Assembly (NCBI GenBank): GCA_035561095.1
Contig: DATMYE010000004.1
Span: 7,675-71,674, forward strand
Direction: 5' to 3'
From: Clostridia bacterium
GTDB taxonomy: Bacteria; Bacillota; Clostridia; Christensenellales; CAG-138
Length of the DNA stretch: 64,000 nucleotides
Made by a program: the position numbers and the translations under genes. Every line of letters begins with the position of its first letter. Position 1 is the first letter of the stretch. The notes under the pieces were generated by a model, which saw only the letters and a program-made list of their open reading frames with translations, did no database searches and was not told where the DNA came from. Shown here piece by piece: positions 12,001-18,000 of the stretch.

Positions 12001-15000
12001 ACACGGACGACGACCTCACGACAAACCCCGCGACGGAGTACATCAAGGTCAAGACCGTCACGGACAATGATCCCAACGCGGTCATCACGAAGGCTGCCGA
12101 CGGACTCAGCGTCACGGTTGTGCCGAGCGCAAACTACAACGGACCTCTGAGCTTCACCTATACGGTGGAAGACGCTCTCGGTGCGGAGAGCAACGCCGCG
12201 ACGGTCGGCATCACGGTCACGCAGGTCAACGACGCGCCGGTGACGGCCGCCGACACCGCGACGACCAACGAGGACACCGCGGTCGATATCAGCGTGCTGA
12301 GCAACGACAGTGACATCGATATGCAGTCCGGCCTGAACGCGAACCCGTCCGCGGAGTCGATCAGCGCCGTGATCACTGGCACCGGACTCACCGCGCCCGG
12401 CCACGGATCAATCGCGACCGACGGCACCAAGATTACGTATACGCCCGCCGCAAACTACAACGGCACGGATACGTTTGATTACTACTGCTCCGACGGAGAC
12501 GTGAAAACCAAAGGCACCGTCACGGTCACCGTTAAACAGGTCAACGATAACCCGGTTGCCAACACCGACACCGTCTCCACAAACGAGGATACGGCGACGG
12601 TCGAGGTTGACGTGCTGGCAAACGACACGGACGTCGACACCGGAGCCGCGCTGAACCTGGACGTCAAGCACCTGACGACGGACTTTACGATCACCGATGC
12701 AACGGTGACGAATGCCTCCCACGGCAGTGTACAGATCGTCAACAACAAGCTCAAGTTCACGCCTGCGCTGAACTGGTTTGGCGTGGAAGTCGTCAACTAC
12801 ACCATGAGCGACGGACACGGCGGCACCGCAAGCAGCACGCTGACCGTGACGGTCATCTCCGTCAACGATCTGCCGGTGTTTGACACGGCTCCCGAGAACA
12901 TGAGCCTGACGGAAGACGGGGTAAACGGCGTCACAACCGTTGTGGTCAGCGACATCGAGACCGCGGCGGCATCGCTTGCGGTCACGGTGACGGCCAGTTC
13001 TAAGACCTCCTTGATCGCGACCACGGACGTCACGGTCACAGCAGGCGCGGGCGGCACGCGCACAATCACTGTCAACCCGAAGAACGATCAGAACGGGTCG
13101 GCGACGATCACCCTGCAGGTCAAGGACGGAAACAACGCCGTGCAAACCATCACCTTTGTCGTGACGGTCGCCGCGGTCAATGACACGCCGGCTGCCGGCG
13201 ACAAGACGCTGAACATCCCCGAAGACGCGACACTGCAGACCGTCACCAAGACCAGCCTGACGACAGACGCCGACATCGCGACCAACTCGGATGTGCTCAC
13301 GCTCACGATTACGACGGCTGCTTCCCATGGTACGGCAAGCATCAACGCCAGCGGCAACGTGACGTATATCCCGAACGCGAACTTCAACGGCGTGGATACG
13401 TTTGTCTACACGGCGACCGATCTCACGGGCGCGTTCGACACGGGCACGTTCACGGTCAACATCTCGCAGGTCAACGACGCGCCGACGACCACCGCGGACA
13501 CCGCGACGACCAACGAGGACACTGCGGTCGATATCATGGTGCTGAGCAACGACAGCGACATCGACATGCAGTCCGGCCTGAACGCAAACCCGGCCGCGGA
13601 GAGCATCTCCGCCGTGATTACGGGCGCAGGGCTCACCGCGCCGAGCCACGGCACTATCGCGACCGACGGAACCAAGATTACGTATACGCCCGCCGCGAAC
13701 TACAACGGCACGGACGTGTTTGACTACTATTGCTCCGACGGCGACACACAGGTGAAGGGCACTGTCACCGTTACGATCTATCAGGTCAACGACAACCCGG
13801 TTGCCGTCGCGGACACAAGCAGCACGAATGAAGACACCGCTAAGAGCGGAATCGACGTGCTCGCAAACGATACGGATGTTGACACGGGCTCCACGCTGAA
13901 CCTGAACGAGCTGCACAGCAAGAGCGATTTCACCATCACTGCGGCAACGCTTACCAACAGCGCGCACGGCAGCGTTGAGATCGTTGGCAACAAGCTGAAC
14001 TTTACCCCCGCGCTGAACTGGTTCGGCACGGAGGTGGTCAACTACACCGTCAGCGACGGACACGGCGGAACCGCGAACGGCACGCTGACCATGACGGTCA
14101 ACCCGATCAACGACCTGCCGGTGTATGACACCGAGCCGGAAGACATGAACCTCTCGGAGGACAGCGCGGACGGCGTGACCACCGTTGTGGTCAGCGACAT
14201 CGAAACTGCCGCTGCATCGCTTGCCGTCACGGTCATCAGCAGCACCAACACCAGCCTGATCGCGACCTCCGACGTGACGGTCACGGCGGGCACGGGCGGC
14301 ACGCGCACGATCACCGTCAACCCGAAGCTCAACCAGAACGGCACGGCGACGATCACGCTGAAGGTCGACGATCTTACGGGCGGAACCCGCACGGTGACAT
14401 TCGATGTCACGGTTGCTGCGGTCAATGACGCACCGGTTGCAGACGACCATCAGCTGAACATCAATGAAGATGCGGCGCTGCAGACCGTCTTGAAGACGAT
14501 CCTCACGAGCGACGTCGACATCGTGACCAACGCGGACGCACTGACGCTCACAATTAGTTCGCCCGCTTCGCATGGTACGGCCTCGATCGATGCCAGCGGC
14601 AACGTCACCTACATCCCGACCGCGAACTTCAACGGCACGGATTCGTTTACGTACACCGCGACGGACAAGGAAGAAGCCACCGATACGGGCACGTTCACGA
14701 TTAACATCGCGCAGGTCAACGATGCGCCGGTCACCACCGCGGACACCGCGACGACCAACGAGGACACCGCGGTCGATATCGGCGTGCTGACCAACGACTC
14801 CGATGTGGATATGGACGCCGCTCTCAATGCGCATCCCGAGAGCGAGAGCATCAGCGTCGTGCTCACGGGCACGGGCCTTACCGCGCCGAGCCACGGCTCC
14901 ATCGCGACCGACGGCACCAAGATCACGTATACGCCCGCCGCGAACTACAACGGTACGGATACGTTTGACTACTATTGCTTCGACGGCGATGTGAAGACCA

Positions 15001-18000
15001 AGGGAACCGTCACCGTCACCATCAAGCAGGTGGACGACAGCCCCGCTTACGGGCCCGACTTTGCCACCATTGATGAAGACACGGCGACGGGATTCATCGA
15101 TGTCATGGCAAACGATACGGACGTCGACCTTGATCCTGCGCTGAACCAGGACAACCTGCTGCTCAGGAGCAACTTCTACATCTCCGCCGCTTGGGTCTCG
15201 GACGCCGCGTCCGGAACGGTGACGCGCGAGAACAACCAGGTCAAGTTCACGCCTGCGGCGAACTGGTTCGGGACGGCGAAGGTCTACTACACGCTGCAGG
15301 ACGGCTACGGCGCATCCTGCGTCGGCCTTCTGACGATCACCGTCAACCCGATCAACGACCTGCCGGTGTATGACACCGAGCCGGAAGACATGAACCTCTC
15401 GGAGGACGGCGCGGACGGCGTGACCACCGTTGTGGTCAGCGACATCGAGACTGCCGCGGCATCGCTTGCCGTCACGGTCATCAGCAGCACCAACACCAGC
15501 CTGATTGCGACCTCCGACGTGACGGTCACGGCGGGCACGGGCGGCACGCGCACGATCACCGTCAACCCGAAGCTCAACCAGAACGGCACGGCGACGATCA
15601 CATTGCAGGTTGACGATCTCACGAGTGGAAAGCGCACGGTGACGTTTGATGTCACGGTGGCGTCGGTCAACGACGCACCGGTTGCGATCGATAAGACGCT
15701 GGATATCGATGAAGACGCCGCGCTCCAGACCGTCACAAAGGCGAGCCTGACGACGGACGTCGACATCGCGACCGACGCGGACGCACTGACGCTCACGATC
15801 TCGTCGCCCGCTTCGCACGGCACGGCGGGCATCGATGCAAACGGCAACGTCACCTATATCCCGACCTCGAACTTCAACGGCACGGACTCGTTTGAGTACA
15901 CCGCGACGGACAAGTTCGGCGGCGTCGACACGGGGATCTTCACTATTCATGTTGCCCCGCTGAACGACGCTCCTGTGACCGCCAACGACAGCAAGACCAC
16001 CAACGAAGACACGGCGGTCGATATCAATGTGCTGAGTAATGACAGCGACGTGGATATGGATGCTGCTCTCAACGCGAATCCCGAGAGCGAGAGCATCAGC
16101 GTCGTGCTCACAGGCACCGGACTCACCGCGCCAGCTCACGGCACCATTGCAACCGACGGCACCAAGATCACGTATACGCCCGCGGCAAACTACAACGGCA
16201 CGGATACGTTTGACTACTACTGCTCGGACGGCGATGTGAAGACCAAGGGAACCGTCACCGTCACCATCAAGCAGGTGAACGATATTCCCGTTGCAAATCC
16301 CGAGGAAGCAACGATATCGGAAGACTCTGCGACGGACTTCATCGACGTTCTGGCGAACGATACGGACGTCGATCTGGATTCTGCCCTGAACCAGGACGAC
16401 ATGCTGCTGCGCAGCAAGTTCTATATCAGCGCGGCTTCCGTGAACATCAGCGCATACGGAACGGTCGAACTCGTGGATAACAAGATCAAGTTCACCCCGA
16501 CCGCAAACTGGAACGGTGTTGCGCTGGTCTATTACACGCTGCAGGACGGCTACGGGATGTCCTGTTCAACCGCGCTGCGGGTGACCGTTACGCCGGTCAA
16601 CGATTTGCCGTACAGCACGCTGCCTCCGGCAACGCAGAATCTTACGGAGGACGGTGAGGACGGCGCAAGCCTGTTCTACGTGAACGACGTGGAAACGGCG
16701 GCCTCGCTCGTGAGTGTGACGCTCAAGAGCTGCAGCAACACGACGCTGATCCCGCTTTCGGCTATCACCTTGGAGCACAAAGGCGGCGAAGGCCGGCTGA
16801 TCACGGTCAATCCGGCGGACAACCGGTTCGGCGACGCGCTGATCACGCTGGTGCTCGAGGATGCGGACGGCGGCAAGTCGGAAGTGACGATGGAGGTGCA
16901 TGTTTCCTCCGTCAACGATGCGCCCGTTGCGCAGGACAAGACACTGGATCTGAATGAAGACATCGGCAAGATATCGGTCGCGAAGTTCGCACTAGCAAGC
17001 GATGTGGACACCATCACCAACGGGGATGTGGTCACGCTCACGATCTCGAAGTCTGCTCTGCACGGCACCGCCGCGATCGATGCAAACGGAGACGTGACAT
17101 ATGTGCCCAACAAGGACTTCAATGGCGTGGACTCGTTTGAATACACCGCGACGGACAAAGCGGGCGCAAGCGATAGCGGCACCTTCACGATCAATCTCCC
17201 GCAGGTGAACGACGCGCCGGTTGTCCAAAACGATGCGGCGATGACGGATGAAGACACCGCGGTTGACATCTACGTGCTCGACAACGACAGCGACGTGGAT
17301 ATGGATGCATCTCTAAACGCGAATCCGGAGGAAGCGAGCATCACCGTCGTCATCACGGGCGCGGGTCTTACGGCACCTAGCCACGGAACGATCGCGACCG
17401 ACGGAACGAAGATCACTTATACACCCGCCGCGAACTACAACGGCACGGACACGTTTGATTACTACTGCTTCGACGAGCATGTGCAGGTCAAGGCGACCGT
17501 CACCGTCACCATCAAGCAGGTGAACGACAACCCGGTCGCGAACGCGGACAGCACCTCCACGGATGAAGACACTGCTGTAAGCTACAACGTGCTCGCGAAC
17601 GACAGCGACGTGGACACCGTCTCCGCGCTGAACGAGAACGCGCTGCACCTGAAGAGCTCGTTTACGGTCGACAGCTGCTATTTCTACGGCGGCACGAACG
17701 GGACGCTCGCAATCGACGGCGCGAACATCGTCTACACGCCCGCTTCTGACTTCTACGGCACGCAGATCATCAAATACGTGCTCAAGGACGGCAACGGCGG
17801 CTCCAGCACCGGCACACTGACCGTGCTGGTTGGCACTAAGAACGACGCGCCGGTTGCAAACGCGGATGAGATGAGCGCGGATGAAGACCATGTGGCATCC
17901 GTCAATGTGCTGACAAACGATACGGACGTTGACACGGGCGACACCAAGACGTTCCTCGGCTTCATCGAGCCGACGAGCGGACTCCCCGGCACGTTCACGA

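Noticed and set aside
12222-17840. A regular long-period repeat array that could be mistaken for a CRISPR or satellite locus.
   Set aside because: The period is 1,245 bp and in-frame. It lies entirely within a coding sequence and encodes homologous protein modules. It has no short repeat/spacer structure.
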